Shown piece after piece: positions 1 through 11,491 of a stretch of DNA of 64,000 nucleotides (positions are counted from its first letter, which is position 1; every line of letters starts with the position of its first letter). The stretch lies in the NCBI GenBank assembly GCA_051660585.1, contig JBOFPV010000059.1, forward strand, positions 16,551-80,550, written 5' to 3'. This stretch comes from Tannerellaceae bacterium (GTDB lineage Bacteria > Bacteroidota > Bacteroidia > Bacteroidales > CAMTPD01). Under the pieces are notes generated by a model that was given only the letters and a program-made list of their open reading frames with translations, ran no database searches and was not told the origin of the DNA. A program made the position numbers and the translations under genes.

Positions 1-191
1 TATTACTAGGTTTGGTTGTTGGTGCAGCAGTTGGTGCAGCTGTTGGTTATCTTGTTGCAACAGACAAAAAAGATCGTATTCTTGACGAACTAGAAGGTGT
101 TGTAAACAAAGTGAAAGACAGTGTAAAAGGTGCTATTCATAAAAACTGCCCAAGTTGTGACAGTGTTGAAACACCTGCTGTAGACGAATAA
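1..191 (+). CDS. YtxH-like protein, C-terminal part (5' end outside the window)
   Basis: Open frame from position 3 to TAA at 189-191. It translates LLGLVVGAAVGAAVGYLVATDKKDRILDELEGVVNKVKDSVKG, a Gly/Ala-rich TM segment followed by a charged helix, as in YtxH proteins. Not in the ORF track because it is truncated. Confidence 0.6.
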   Translation, partial: LLGLVVGAAVGAAVGYLVATDKKDRILDELEGVVNKVKDSVKGAIHKNCPSCDSVETPAVDE

Positions 192-198
192 CAATCAA

Positions 199-654
199 AT
201 GGATCAAGAAACAAAACAAGTGTTCGACACGCTTAAATCCGATTTGTCGGTTTTTGTAAGCGGTAAAGTCGAATTACTGAAATTAGAAGTGTACGAGAGA
301 ATAGGAAAAATGATTTCTGTTTTCTCGTATGCTTTGATTATGATTTTTCTAGTATTTTTCGCAATGCTATCACTCTTTATGTCGCTCGGTTTTTATTTTG
401 GCGGTCTAATTGGTAGCATGGGTGGCGGATTTGCAATAACATTTGCGCTATATCTATTGATCATCGCATTGTTTTACAATCTGCGCAATAAGTTTAAAGC
501 GAAAGTCTTGAATGAAGTAATCACTACTTTTTTAACGAATGAAGATGAAATCAACAGTGAAGACAAAGACTCAACTCTCAGCAATGGAGATGCTGATTCG
601 CAGGAAGCAGGAGTTAACGATTCAGAACCTGCAGACGCAAGAACGTCTCGTTGA
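199..654 (+). CDS. Holin-X / phage-holin-family-like small membrane protein
   Basis: 151 aa with two hydrophobic helices (MISVFSYALIMIFLVFFAMLSLF, FAITFALYLLIIALF) and an acidic low-complexity tail. Sits in the usual position after a YtxH gene. Confidence 0.6.
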   Translation: MDQETKQVFDTLKSDLSVFVSGKVELLKLEVYERIGKMISVFSYALIMIFLVFFAMLSLFMSLGFYFGGLIGSMGGGFAITFALYLLIIALFYNLRNKFKAKVLNEVITTFLTNEDEINSEDKDSTLSNGDADSQEAGVNDSEPADARTSR

Positions 655-922
655 GCAACTCGAGTATGTACAACGACATGCTGTAGGAATTGCTTTTGAT
701 ATGTTGAAATCGTCATTTGTTCATTCCGTAAAACGCTCTGCGCTCATATCAAAAACTAAGCACGATGCAGCAAAAGCAGAGCAGAAGCTCAACAGTGAGG
801 GGGTAGATATTAAACAGATGTTTAATAATTACTGGCCTTTTGCATGGGAGATTGCAAAACCTGTATTGTTGGGGTGGTTTGTAAGACGAGGCAGGCGTTT
901 TATTTCAAAATTTCTACATTAG
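584..922 (+). CDS. Hypothetical protein, third gene of the YtxH/holin-like trio
   Basis: Tracked ORF is 539..922. I prefer the internal ATG at 584 (MEMLIRRKQEL...) to reduce overlap with the upstream gene. Predicted coiled N-terminus and basic C-terminus. Start is uncertain. Confidence 0.45.
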   Translation: MEMLIRRKQELTIQNLQTQERLVEQLEYVQRHAVGIAFDMLKSSFVHSVKRSALISKTKHDAAKAEQKLNSEGVDIKQMFNNYWPFAWEIAKPVLLGWFVRRGRRFISKFLH

Positions 923-1198
923 CCTTGTTTTACTTCCGAAATGTTATTTGTGTGATAGTCTCTAACCTGAAGATCATAGAGGTCCCCTTTCCTTTATATG
1001 CCCTTTAATACCTTCCTAAAAAAGCAATCAAAAATACGGATCTTAATTTTTGTTATTGGTTAGTTTATTTCTTGCACACTTGTAAAGTAAGATTGGAAAA
1101 TCATTTTAATTTTGCAGTGTCAGAACAATAAAAAGAAGATATTGGTGATATTCATTATCAAATACTTTTTTTTGTTTTGATATAACGCCTAAACTTCG

Positions 1199-1206
1199 TA
1201 AGTTTG
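1199..1206 (+). promoter_or_regulatory. Bacteroidota -7 box TAAGTTTG upstream of gap
   Basis: Matches TAnnTTTG, 38 nt upstream of the ATG at 1244. Confidence 0.5.
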
Positions 1207-1219
1207 TGCGAATTTTTAA

Positions 1220-2245
<1,026 letters not shown>

Positions 2246-2269
2246 TCTTATCCAAGAATATAAGCTTCA

Positions 2270-2306
2270 AAAGGCTGCCTCATTAGAGGCAGCCTTTTCT
2301 TTTTTA
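2270..2306 (+). terminator. Rho-independent terminator of gap
   Basis: 12-bp perfect stem aaaggctgcctc / gaggcagccttt with loop atta, followed by a T-run. Confidence 0.8.
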
Positions 2307-2531
2307 GACCAATTAAATACAACTTATAGAACTAACCATCCAGTTAAATAAATCTGTAATCTTTCCGACAGCATCTTTGATTCAGTTCCCGATGTGTATA
2401 TTCTAATCTTTTTTCATGGATGGATTGATATAATATTAGAAAAAAGATTCATCATATTGCTATTATTAATAAATTGCATACTTATTTGTATGAAGACGTA
2501 AGCGATTTAAAAAGACTATATTAATAAGACC

Positions 2532-3311
2532 ATGCAAGAAAGACATATTGATCGATTAGCTTATTTTACAGAATTAGCTAATACCTCAAGAGAGTTTTAT
2601 CTCGACTACCTTAATCCCTTTTTTGAAGTAAGACCAGGAATGAATATTCTTGAAGTTGGATGTGGTGAAGGTGGTAACCTTTTACCTTTTGCAGAGAAAG
2701 GATGTATCGTAAAAGGGATTGATGTTTGTCGGGATCGTATTGAGCAAGCAAAAGAATATTTCTCGTTGGCGCAGCAGCCAGGAGTATTTGAATGTATCAA
2801 CTTCTTTGATATGGAAATACCAAATGACGTGAATAAATTTGACTTGGTTTTGATTCATGACGTCATTGAGCATATCGAGGATAAAGAAACATTTATATCC
2901 AAAGTAAAGGAATACATCAAGAAAGATGGAATTATATTTTGGGGGTTTCCCGCTTGGCAAATGCCTTTTGGTGGACATCAACAGATTTGTGCAGGAAAAA
3001 TATCGAAGCTTCCATTTATTCATCTTTTACCAATGCCCTTGTATAGTAAACTTCTTCAAACAATGGGGGAAAGCGACGATTGCATCACCGAGCTTCAGAG
3101 CATAAAGAAGTGTGCTTTGACAATAGAAAATTTTGAAAAACTAATCGAGCAAAGTGGTTATAATCTATTACATCGGAAGTTGTGGTTTATCAATCCCCAC
3201 TATAAACAAAAGTTCAATTTAATGCCTATTGAACTGCCAAGTATATTTTCGAATATAAAATATGTTCGTAACTTCTTTAGTACAGCATGTTTTTACGTAA
3301 CTCAACGATAA
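2532..3311 (+). CDS. Class I SAM-dependent methyltransferase
   Basis: 259 aa. Motif I ILEVGCGEGGNL, followed by an acidic residue downstream (GIDV). Confidence 0.8.
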   Translation: MQERHIDRLAYFTELANTSREFYLDYLNPFFEVRPGMNILEVGCGEGGNLLPFAEKGCIVKGIDVCRDRIEQAKEYFSLAQQPGVFECINFFDMEIPNDVNKFDLVLIHDVIEHIEDKETFISKVKEYIKKDGIIFWGFPAWQMPFGGHQQICAGKISKLPFIHLLPMPLYSKLLQTMGESDDCITELQSIKKCALTIENFEKLIEQSGYNLLHRKLWFINPHYKQKFNLMPIELPSIFSNIKYVRNFFSTACFYVTQR

Positions 3312-3425
3312 ACAGAAAATGAGATAGTATTAATTAATCTTTATCATATCAATATATGTCGGGAATAATTTCTCTGCGAAATAAAGGAATGTAGGTTGGA
3401 AAATTAAATACTTCATATTACATTG

Positions 3426-3460
3426 TATCGCCTTAATCAAAACGCTTGATTAAGGCGATA
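3426..3460. other. Perfect 15-bp inverted repeat (hairpin) 22 nt upstream of the esterase ATG
   Basis: tatcgccttaatcaa / aacgc / ttgattaaggcgata. May be a terminator for the methyltransferase gene or a 5'-leader structure. The TTG start at 3446 in the ORF track lies inside it. Confidence 0.5.
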
Positions 3461-3481
3461 TTATTATATTATCTAATACAG

Positions 3482-4681
3482 ATGAATATGAAAAAGCACT
3501 ATTGTATCGCACTCTATTTATTGTTAAGTCCCTTGTCGGCTTTTGGGCAACAAGCACTCTGGGATAAGCCTGCCGTGTTATCTCCCGAAGTATCATCAGA
3601 CCAACGGGTAACGTTTCGTATTTTTGCCCCCAATGCAAAAAAGGTAGAGTTGAATGGAGATTTCCTTCCTGAGAAAGTAATACAAACTTCATTTGGTGAG
3701 ATGTCAGTACCTGCACCAGTTGCAATGCAACAAAATAATGATGGGATCTGGGAGTATACAACAGCTATATTACCATCAGAGCTCTATAACTACTCCTTTA
3801 GTATTGATGATTTGCGTACAACGGATCCGTCTAACGTATTTACCATACGCGATGTAAGTACCATTTCAAACTATTTTCTCATTTCTGGCGGCAAAGGAGA
3901 TGTATATTCGGTTAATGATGTGCCACATGGCAGCGTTTCACGAGTTTGGTATGATAGTCCTACCTTAGGAATGAAACGACGAATGACTGTATATACTCCG
4001 CCCGGTTATGAACAATCTACGCAAGAATATCCGGTTTTATATTTGCTACATGGCATGGGCGGAGACGAAGAAGCTTGGATTGCTTTGGGTAGAACAGCAC
4101 AAATACTCGACAATTTGATTGCTTCAGGAGAGGCAAAACCAATGATGGTGGTAATGACTAATGGTAATGCCTCGCAAGAAGCTGCACCGGGTGAGGCGCA
4201 AGGAGGCTTGAGAAAACCCGAAACGATGCTTCCTAAAACAATGGATGGAACATTTGAGGGGTCGTTTCCGGATGTAGTTTCATTCATTGATTCTAATTAT
4301 CGGACTCAAAAGAATAAATCTGGAAGAGCAATTGCAGGACTTTCGATGGGAGGTTTTCACTCACTTCACATATCGAAAACATATCCGGATCTGTTTGACT
4401 ATGTAGGTCTATTTTCTGCAGCAATACTTCCTTCACAAGGTGCATCGTCACCATTATACGAAAACACCCAACAGAAGCTAAAAGAGCAGTTTGGCAAGCA
4501 GCCAAAACTTTATTGGATTGCTATTGGCAAGACAGATTTCCTCTACAACGCAAACGTAGACTTTCGAAAGATACTAGACGAAAACAAATATCCGTACACT
4601 TATGTGGAAACTGGCGGCGGACATACATGGCGCAATTGGCGCGATTATCTTTCCCGGTTTAGTGTGTTGTTATTTAAGTGA
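3482..4681 (+). CDS. Secreted esterase (esterase D / CE1-like alpha/beta hydrolase) with an N-terminal E-set/CBM48-like domain
   Basis: Signal peptide MKKHYCIALYLLLSPLSAFG. Family motifs YPVLYLLHGMGGDE and the nucleophile elbow GLSMGG. I chose the ATG at 3482 (alternatively 3488) over the tracked TTG at 3446. Confidence 0.8.
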   Translation: MNMKKHYCIALYLLLSPLSAFGQQALWDKPAVLSPEVSSDQRVTFRIFAPNAKKVELNGDFLPEKVIQTSFGEMSVPAPVAMQQNNDGIWEYTTAILPSELYNYSFSIDDLRTTDPSNVFTIRDVSTISNYFLISGGKGDVYSVNDVPHGSVSRVWYDSPTLGMKRRMTVYTPPGYEQSTQEYPVLYLLHGMGGDEEAWIALGRTAQILDNLIASGEAKPMMVVMTNGNASQEAAPGEAQGGLRKPETMLPKTMDGTFEGSFPDVVSFIDSNYRTQKNKSGRAIAGLSMGGFHSLHISKTYPDLFDYVGLFSAAILPSQGASSPLYENTQQKLKEQFGKQPKLYWIAIGKTDFLYNANVDFRKILDENKYPYTYVETGGGHTWRNWRDYLSRFSVLLFK

Positions 4682-4698
4682 AATATATGAATAAAATA

Positions 4699-4740
4699 CC
4701 CTCTATGCATTTTGAACACAAAATAGCATAGAGGGCTTTT
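4699..4740. terminator. Bidirectional terminator between the convergent esterase and susD-like genes
   Basis: 10-bp stem ccctctatgc / gcatagaggg followed by cTTTT. Confidence 0.6.
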
Positions 4741-4805
4741 AATAAGCAAAAATCAATGGTCTGCAAGAATGAAAACATTCATGAAAAAACAGATTCTAAT
4801 CGTTT

Positions 4806-6812
4806 CTATTCTATTGATGCCTCACCGGCAGTTGTTCCCCAATAAGGATTCTGATAAATAGGAGAATCAGAATAATCGGCCGAAGTCGAAGTAATCTTGA
4901 AGTGCTGTACCGCGATTGGATCAAGGTAATGCGCTTTTCTCCATGTGAACCCGTCATAAGCAAGTGTGCGAGCAATCTGATACGGACGCATATATGCACT
5001 TAGAGCAGGATCTGAAACATTTGCTTTCGTATTATCTATTCCGTAGATCAGCTCATAAGTCTTATCCGTTTTTGCTGCTTCTGCATATTGAGTTGGATAA
5101 TAATTGCCCCATACCTTCATGCCTTCGATATGATACGGTTTGGAGATGAGTTGATCCATTGATTTCCAACGGCGCAAATCATCATTTCGGTACCCCTCTG
5201 CCATAAACTCACAAGCACGTTCGCGACGAATGTTATACAAAGTAGGATCTACTAGTTTGCCGGCTGAATACGCGCCCCAGTTTGCTAACGCTTCTTTCGA
5301 CATATCTGTAGCAGCAATGGTTTTATTAAAATCTTCGTCTACACCGGCTCTTCTACGAATAGACTTCCAATAGTTCGACGCTTTTTCATCTAGTGTACCA
5401 TTCAACTCATAATATGCTTCTACGTAATTCAAATAAGCTTCGGCCGCACGGTATACAATGATGCCATTATAACCACCCCAGTTATCACAAAGAGCTTTGT
5501 CCGGATTCACACCTTTACGATTTGTATAGCCCGTATTGTAGCGAAACTGTTCCGATCCACTTGTAATATTAGGTAGAAAAGGTTCTGTAATAACTCCATG
5601 TGATCCCATATTGGTATTGATCCACATGTTGACTTGGCCCGGCTCCTTCAAAAAAAGATAAGCACGCTCATCTCTGTCTTTACGTACGTCTTCGATAGAC
5701 TCATCTCCATGATAGCCACTGCCTTGAGCATAATAAGGTAATCCGTTTTTCATCAGATAACTATCTACCATACCTTTGGTTACACCTATGGCTAGGTTTG
5801 ATGTACTTGCATTTACAGGAACATTGTTTGTAACACCAAGGCCTTTATCATGAGCTTTCCAAATCAGAATCTCAGGATAACTTGCCATATTGATCGCCCC
5901 GTACATTTCTACAAATGGATTCGATTCGCCAGGGCCTTGAGGTAAGATTCCTGTATTTTGTGTAAGGTTCACAGCAGATGCTACTTGATCCGCAGCATTG
6001 ATTGCTTGACTTAGGAACCACTCAATTTCACCATCGATGCTTCCCGATGTAAATTGATAGTTTTTGTTGTATTCTTTTGTTGCACCTGGCCATCCCGGAC
6101 CATTTGGAACATAAGGTGTATCTTTAAAATACTTCAACCATGTACCTTCGTAAAGTGCAACACGAGACTTAACCAACAAAGCTACCGGTTTGCTTAAGCG
6201 GTTTCTATTTCCATCTGGAGCATTGTCTTTCATCAAGTAAATTGCTGAATCGAGATCTGCAATGATAAAGCGTGCGACTTCTGTGCGTGGCATACGCTTA
6301 CTAACTTCGATCAACATCGCTTTGTCATCAGGATAATTTGTTTTTACAATAGGTGCATCACCAATCGATTTGAGTTTGCCAAAGTGTTGCAATGCTCTAA
6401 ACAAATACATTTCACCAATGTAGTGATTGATCATCTCCGGGTTTCCTGTTATTTTACCTTGCGCATGTCTTGGTACTACAGTATTAATGAAATAGTTGAT
6501 ATTGTACAACTCCTCAAAGCCCCAAGCGCCGCCGGTAGCACCAACCTTCCATTCTGTATTCGTAAACTTACCAGGTACACCCATTCCCGCTTGAACATCT
6601 GTTGCTCCATCCGAGCAAAATGGATCTACAACAGGCAGATTGTTTCCATAACGATTTACAGTAAATGCTTCAAGTTGAGCCTCGTCCCAAAGGTAGTTCT
6701 CGGGTGTAATTGATGATGGAGGTGCAATGTCTAAATTATCATTACAGGCAGTAAAAGCGAGGGAATAGCCCGATAAGATAGTTGCTACAAGTATATATTT
6801 TGTAATTTTCAT
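4806..6812 (-). CDS. susD: SusD/RagB-family outer-membrane nutrient-binding lipoprotein
   Basis: 668 aa. Lipoprotein signal ending LAFTAC, and it lies immediately downstream of a SusC-like gene. Confidence 0.9.
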   Translation of the reverse strand: MKITKYILVATILSGYSLAFTACNDNLDIAPPSSITPENYLWDEAQLEAFTVNRYGNNLPVVDPFCSDGATDVQAGMGVPGKFTNTEWKVGATGGAWGFEELYNINYFINTVVPRHAQGKITGNPEMINHYIGEMYLFRALQHFGKLKSIGDAPIVKTNYPDDKAMLIEVSKRMPRTEVARFIIADLDSAIYLMKDNAPDGNRNRLSKPVALLVKSRVALYEGTWLKYFKDTPYVPNGPGWPGATKEYNKNYQFTSGSIDGEIEWFLSQAINAADQVASAVNLTQNTGILPQGPGESNPFVEMYGAINMASYPEILIWKAHDKGLGVTNNVPVNASTSNLAIGVTKGMVDSYLMKNGLPYYAQGSGYHGDESIEDVRKDRDERAYLFLKEPGQVNMWINTNMGSHGVITEPFLPNITSGSEQFRYNTGYTNRKGVNPDKALCDNWGGYNGIIVYRAAEAYLNYVEAYYELNGTLDEKASNYWKSIRRRAGVDEDFNKTIAATDMSKEALANWGAYSAGKLVDPTLYNIRRERACEFMAEGYRNDDLRRWKSMDQLISKPYHIEGMKVWGNYYPTQYAEAAKTDKTYELIYGIDNTKANVSDPALSAYMRPYQIARTLAYDGFTWRKAHYLDPIAVQHFKITSTSADYSDSPIYQNPYWGTTAGEASIE

Positions 6813-6837
6813 GATTCTGAAATTTAGTCGTTAATGA

Positions 6838-9800
6838 TTAGAAGTTAGCACTTATACCAAACGAAAGGGTTTTGAATAATGGATATCCGATACTACCGGT
6901 ACCACCTCCAAGCGTTTCAGGGTCGAAGATTTTATTCAGTTTGGTACCTGTCCAAAGGTTTTCGCCCGAAGCAAATACACGGAACTGAGAGATTCCCATT
7001 TTTTGTACAAAACTAGCAGGTACTGTATAACCTAGTTGTACGTTTTTAAGTCGAATATAGGATCCCTTTTGTAGGTAGCGCGTTTGTGTGTTTTGATTTT
7101 TACCAGAATTATCTAATGGTCTAGGGTAATAAGAGTCAAGGTTTGCTCCCATTGGATGTTCGGGGTCTGCTCTGAAATAATCCATGTGTTCTTCGAAAGC
7201 AACCGAACGCCAAATATATCCGCTATACCCGAAGAAGTTGTAGCTACCTTCCCAGAAGTCACGCTTCATTACACCTTGGAAGAATAAGTTTACGTCAAAC
7301 CCTTTCCAGTCGGCACCAATGCTAAGGCCAAAACGATAACGTGAAGCATTGTTTCCGATTACTTTCAAGTCGCCATGGTCATTGAGCGTATAACTGCCAT
7401 TGTTGATCACACCGTCGCCGTTCAAGTCTTTGTACATGATATCACCGGCTTCCCACTGACTACCCAAAGGTTGTTGTCCGCCGTTAGGTAATGATGCCAA
7501 GTGATTATCCATTTCTTCTTGTGATTTGGCAATACCGATGGTTTCATATCCCCATATGTCTCCTACGTTCTGACCGGTAAAGTATTTTCCAAGATCATAC
7601 AGTTCATTTGGATAATTGGTAATCTTTGTGCGGTCGTCAGAAAGATTAAATGTTGCAGAATAGCCTAGTCCCATCGGTAGACGATCTCTCCAAGAGATAT
7701 TTAATTCCCATCCGCGAGTACGAAGGTCTGTGTTGTTTGTTTTCGGAACAGACGTACCTAATATATTTGGCATCTCAGGAGCAGGTCCTACCATATCTCT
7801 TGTTTGACGTTCAAACCAGTCGAAGCTACCAGTTAGTCGGTTGTTTAGGAACCCAAAGTCAAGACCAATATTCAGTGTACTTACTGTTTCCCAAGTTAGA
7901 AATGAGCTAATCAGTCCCGGTGCATTTGAAGTGTTTGGCTTTTTACCATTAATAATCCATCCACCGTTTGAAGTCCCAATAGGCATCGTTACATAGGTAG
8001 GATACCAAGAGTTTGTGTTTTGGTTACCCAATACCCCATATGATCCTCTCACTTTTAGCGTATTGGCAATTGATTCATAGTCGGACCAGAAATCTTCGCG
8101 GGCAATATTCCATCCCGCAGAAAATGAAGGGAAGAATTTCCAGCGCTTATCTTCTCGGAAGCGAGATGTGCCGTCGTAGCGAAGGTTTACTTCTGCCATG
8201 TAGCGATCTTTGTAATCATAATTGAGTCGACCAAAGAATCCGGCAACTGCCCATTTATTTCTACCTCCCGAAACAGACGGAGGAGTTGCTTTGCCACTAC
8301 CATCGGTTCCGTTTGTTGCATCAATGTCTTCCATGCCCGGTACCATAATGCCATTGCGTTTAGCACTAAAAGCATTGCCCCAGAATTGCTCCGATTGGAA
8401 ACCGATCATACCTTTAAGGTTGTGGCCACTTTCGAACGAATGCGCATACGTAGAGTAAATGTTCGGATTGATATAATCTGATCCGTCGACAGACTCATAT
8501 ACTTCAGTACTGTTGTTGTTTGGGATAGGTTCTCCGGCAACGTTGTGGTTGTATGTTTTCTGAATATCCCAGTGGTTACGATGATTAATCAATCGATAAT
8601 TAACCTCTGCTGTAATATCCCAACCCTTCAAAGGTTTTACAACCAATTGTAATTGCTGACTGATGTCATCGCGTTTTGTTTTGTCTCTACCACCTTCTTT
8701 TAGCGTAAGTGCAGGTGATGGACTGCTAAACATATATCCATTGTCATCATATACTGGAAGCATAGGCCACGTTTGATAACCCATGGCTCCAATGTTTCCG
8801 ATACGCGCAGGGCGATCATAGTCTGATCGGGTAAACTTAACGCCATAGTTTACATTTACCTTCTCCGTTAATTGAGCTGTAATGCGCATGTTGGTTGCAA
8901 AGCGGCGATAACTATCTTCACTTAGTTTCATCAATCCGTTTTGGTCTAGAAAGTTGAATGAAGCATAGGTTTGTATCTTTTCAGAACCACCATTTAAGCT
9001 TACGGTATGTTCTTGTCCAAACGACCAGTCGCTGTAAATAACATCCCACCAGTCTACGTTATCATTTGCGTAATCGTACCCATCGGCCCAATTGGCAGGA
9101 TTGTTAGGATCCGGAATATTCTTGGTCGTAATCTTTCCGTCCATATAATCTTTGATCCGTTGCATGCGTTCGGGTGTAAACTTACCGGTACCTTTAGCGT
9201 TGATGGCTGCGTCGTTAAAGTAGGTTGCAAAACGGTATGAGTCTACCGTGTTAGGTCGTTTTACAGGCGTGTTCCAGCGGAAAGAGTCGTTGTAGTTGAC
9301 CGTAAACTTGCCCGATTTTCCTTTTTTTGTTGTAACCAAGATAACGCCGAAAGGAGCCCGTGATCCGTAAATAGAAGAGGCAGCTGCGTCTTTAAGCAAT
9401 GAAACACTCTCGATGTCTTGTGGGTTTAGCATGTTGATGTCGCCTTGCATCCCATCGATCAAAATAAGCGGATCACCATTTGACCCGTCGCCGATGGTAG
9501 TCATCCCGCGCACATTCATCGACGGAGCTTTGTCCATGATACCGTCGGTCTTCGAGATGTTCAGCCCCGGCATTACACCTTGCAAAGCCATGGCAGCATT
9601 TTGTACCGGACGACTTTCAAAGACTTCAGCTGTAGCAGTTGATACGGCTCCCGTAAGGTTTACTTTCTTTTGAGATCCGAAACCTACAACCACGACCTCG
9701 TCGAGGTTTTTTGTGTCTTCTTTCATCTTGATAACCAGCGGAGACGTTTGCGCACTCACTTTTACTGGTTTGTAACCGATATACGAAATCGTAAGGGTTG

Positions 9801-10302
9801 CATTAGCCGGAGCTGATAATGAAAAGATACCATCCAAATCGGTCACAGTACCGGTAGTAGTACCTTCTACCATTACACTAGCCCCGATTATCGGCTCGCC
9901 AAGTTCATCAAGAACTTTACCCGTAATCTCCTTTTTTTGTGCAGATTGCATTGGGGAGGGTGCAACTTCTCGTTTCGATAGTACGATGTAATTGTCTTGA
10001 ATCTCGTACTTTACATTCGTGTTAGAGAATGCTTGTGTTAGCAATTGTTCTACATTCTCTGGTTTTCCATTCACGGCAATTTCGCGTGAAGTATCGATTT
10101 CTCGCTTACTGAATACAAACATATAATCTGTTTGATCTTCAATTACGCTAAAGAGTTCGGATACTTTCAGTTTGCCTGAGTTTAGATTTACGACTGCATC
10201 TAGGTTGTTTGCAGCGAAAGCTTGAAGCCCTATCATACCCGAAAAAAGAATCATTGCTGACGCACGGGCATGTTTAGCTTGCAAAAAGCTTGTAGTTTTC
10301 AT
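6838..10302 (-). CDS. susC: SusC/RagA-family TonB-dependent transporter with an N-terminal STN signalling extension
   Basis: 1154 aa. Order of elements: STN-like N-terminus, carboxypeptidase-regulatory-like domain (ITGKVLDELGEPIIGASVMVEGTTTGTVTDLDG), plug, barrel ending SFGISANF. Confidence 0.93.
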   Translation of the reverse strand: MKTTSFLQAKHARASAMILFSGMIGLQAFAANNLDAVVNLNSGKLKVSELFSVIEDQTDYMFVFSKREIDTSREIAVNGKPENVEQLLTQAFSNTNVKYEIQDNYIVLSKREVAPSPMQSAQKKEITGKVLDELGEPIIGASVMVEGTTTGTVTDLDGIFSLSAPANATLTISYIGYKPVKVSAQTSPLVIKMKEDTKNLDEVVVVGFGSQKKVNLTGAVSTATAEVFESRPVQNAAMALQGVMPGLNISKTDGIMDKAPSMNVRGMTTIGDGSNGDPLILIDGMQGDINMLNPQDIESVSLLKDAAASSIYGSRAPFGVILVTTKKGKSGKFTVNYNDSFRWNTPVKRPNTVDSYRFATYFNDAAINAKGTGKFTPERMQRIKDYMDGKITTKNIPDPNNPANWADGYDYANDNVDWWDVIYSDWSFGQEHTVSLNGGSEKIQTYASFNFLDQNGLMKLSEDSYRRFATNMRITAQLTEKVNVNYGVKFTRSDYDRPARIGNIGAMGYQTWPMLPVYDDNGYMFSSPSPALTLKEGGRDKTKRDDISQQLQLVVKPLKGWDITAEVNYRLINHRNHWDIQKTYNHNVAGEPIPNNNSTEVYESVDGSDYINPNIYSTYAHSFESGHNLKGMIGFQSEQFWGNAFSAKRNGIMVPGMEDIDATNGTDGSGKATPPSVSGGRNKWAVAGFFGRLNYDYKDRYMAEVNLRYDGTSRFREDKRWKFFPSFSAGWNIAREDFWSDYESIANTLKVRGSYGVLGNQNTNSWYPTYVTMPIGTSNGGWIINGKKPNTSNAPGLISSFLTWETVSTLNIGLDFGFLNNRLTGSFDWFERQTRDMVGPAPEMPNILGTSVPKTNNTDLRTRGWELNISWRDRLPMGLGYSATFNLSDDRTKITNYPNELYDLGKYFTGQNVGDIWGYETIGIAKSQEEMDNHLASLPNGGQQPLGSQWEAGDIMYKDLNGDGVINNGSYTLNDHGDLKVIGNNASRYRFGLSIGADWKGFDVNLFFQGVMKRDFWEGSYNFFGYSGYIWRSVAFEEHMDYFRADPEHPMGANLDSYYPRPLDNSGKNQNTQTRYLQKGSYIRLKNVQLGYTVPASFVQKMGISQFRVFASGENLWTGTKLNKIFDPETLGGGTGSIGYPLFKTLSFGISANF

Positions 10303-10330
10303 GGAGTTTATATTTAGGTTTAGTAAAAAA

Positions 10331-11320
10331 TTAGTTTTCTATTGTGATTACATTGTCACGTTCGGACAAATGAATGGAAAAGGGTTTTATTTTTTGTAAA
10401 AGTTTTAGGATGTGCATCACGCCATCACCTTGAACAAACGAGCCGGTGTATTCATAATCGAGAATCGAAGGGTTGTTTACAACGATAGATACATTATAAT
10501 AGTTTTCTAGTTGCCTCAATATTTCAGCCATATTGCTATTGTCGAAGCGGAATATTCCAGATTTCTTATCGTTGGCATTGAAGCATGACTGATCAATTTG
10601 CAAGAGGTTGTTATGGTTGTAAATCGCTTGTTCGCCAGGTTTCAGAATAATGGACGCTTCTTTTGCATCAATATTATATAGGGCAACAGAGCCTTCTATT
10701 AAATCCGCTTTTGCAATCGAATCATTTGGATAACTGCAAATATTGAATTTGGTGCCTAATACTTTTGTTTCAAAGTGCGGCGCATTAACAATAAATGGTC
10801 TTTTGTTTTGATGAGCGACTTCAAAATAGGCTTCTCCGATAAGCTTTACTCTTCGTTCGCCGGCTTTGAATGCTGCCGGATACGAAAGGGAAGAGTTGGA
10901 ATTGATCCATACAGCCGATCCGTCGGGAAGTGTAATGGATGCACGTTGGCCTACGGGTACATTGATTGTTGTATAGCCGATATCACTGTGTTGCAAATGC
11001 CACTTTGTAGCAAAGAAGGTAGAGACCATTGAAATCAAAAGAGCCAATACGGCAGCGCAAGCACTGTATTGTCTATATAAGCTTTTAATTCGAGGTAATA
11101 TTGAGTTTTGCGATGTTTTTGTGTTTACAAAACGAGTATAGCTAGCTTTGCCTAGTTGTACATCATCGCAGTTGCTTTGCATCGAGTCAAGTGCTTTTAT
11201 GTTTTGCAATTGCACAAGCTCATCCCAAATTTCGGGTTTGGATGAAGCTTCGAGCAAAAGTTCTGCATATTCGCTTTTCGATATGGTGTTGTTTGCAAAT
11301 TTGATAAGTTTGCTTTTCAT
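10331..11320 (-). CDS. FecR-family transmembrane anti-sigma factor
   Basis: 329 aa with a single TM (AVLALLISMVSTFFA) and a FecR/DUF4974-like periplasmic part. Located between the ECF sigma and susC genes. Confidence 0.85.
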   Translation of the reverse strand: MKSKLIKFANNTISKSEYAELLLEASSKPEIWDELVQLQNIKALDSMQSNCDDVQLGKASYTRFVNTKTSQNSILPRIKSLYRQYSACAAVLALLISMVSTFFATKWHLQHSDIGYTTINVPVGQRASITLPDGSAVWINSNSSLSYPAAFKAGERRVKLIGEAYFEVAHQNKRPFIVNAPHFETKVLGTKFNICSYPNDSIAKADLIEGSVALYNIDAKEASIILKPGEQAIYNHNNLLQIDQSCFNANDKKSGIFRFDNSNMAEILRQLENYYNVSIVVNNPSILDYEYTGSFVQGDGVMHILKLLQKIKPFSIHLSERDNVITIEN

Positions 11321-11491
11321 GGATCAGTTGCTTGGTATAAAGGGTAAACGTATAGATGTGAATTTTCCGCTAAACGAAATGTCTTTTTTTTACATGGGTT
11401 GCTATTTTATTTTACTTTGGTCCGGTAAGTAGGGCTGTAGTTGTAACTGAATCAGTGTGTTATGTTAGAGGTGATCCTTTGTGTAGGTGTG

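Noticed and set aside
199-654. A holin-family hit as evidence for a prophage lysis cassette.
   Set aside because: There is no endolysin, spanin, terminase, capsid, tail or integrase gene nearby. The flanking genes are a YtxH-like gene and gap, consistent with a chromosomal membrane-stress module.
7650-9673. Several 70-86-aa plus-strand ORFs inside susC, and similar antisense ORFs inside susD, feoB, mmdA and htrA.
   Set aside because: They lie entirely within well-supported longer genes on the opposite strand, have no start context, and their compositions mirror the sense codons.
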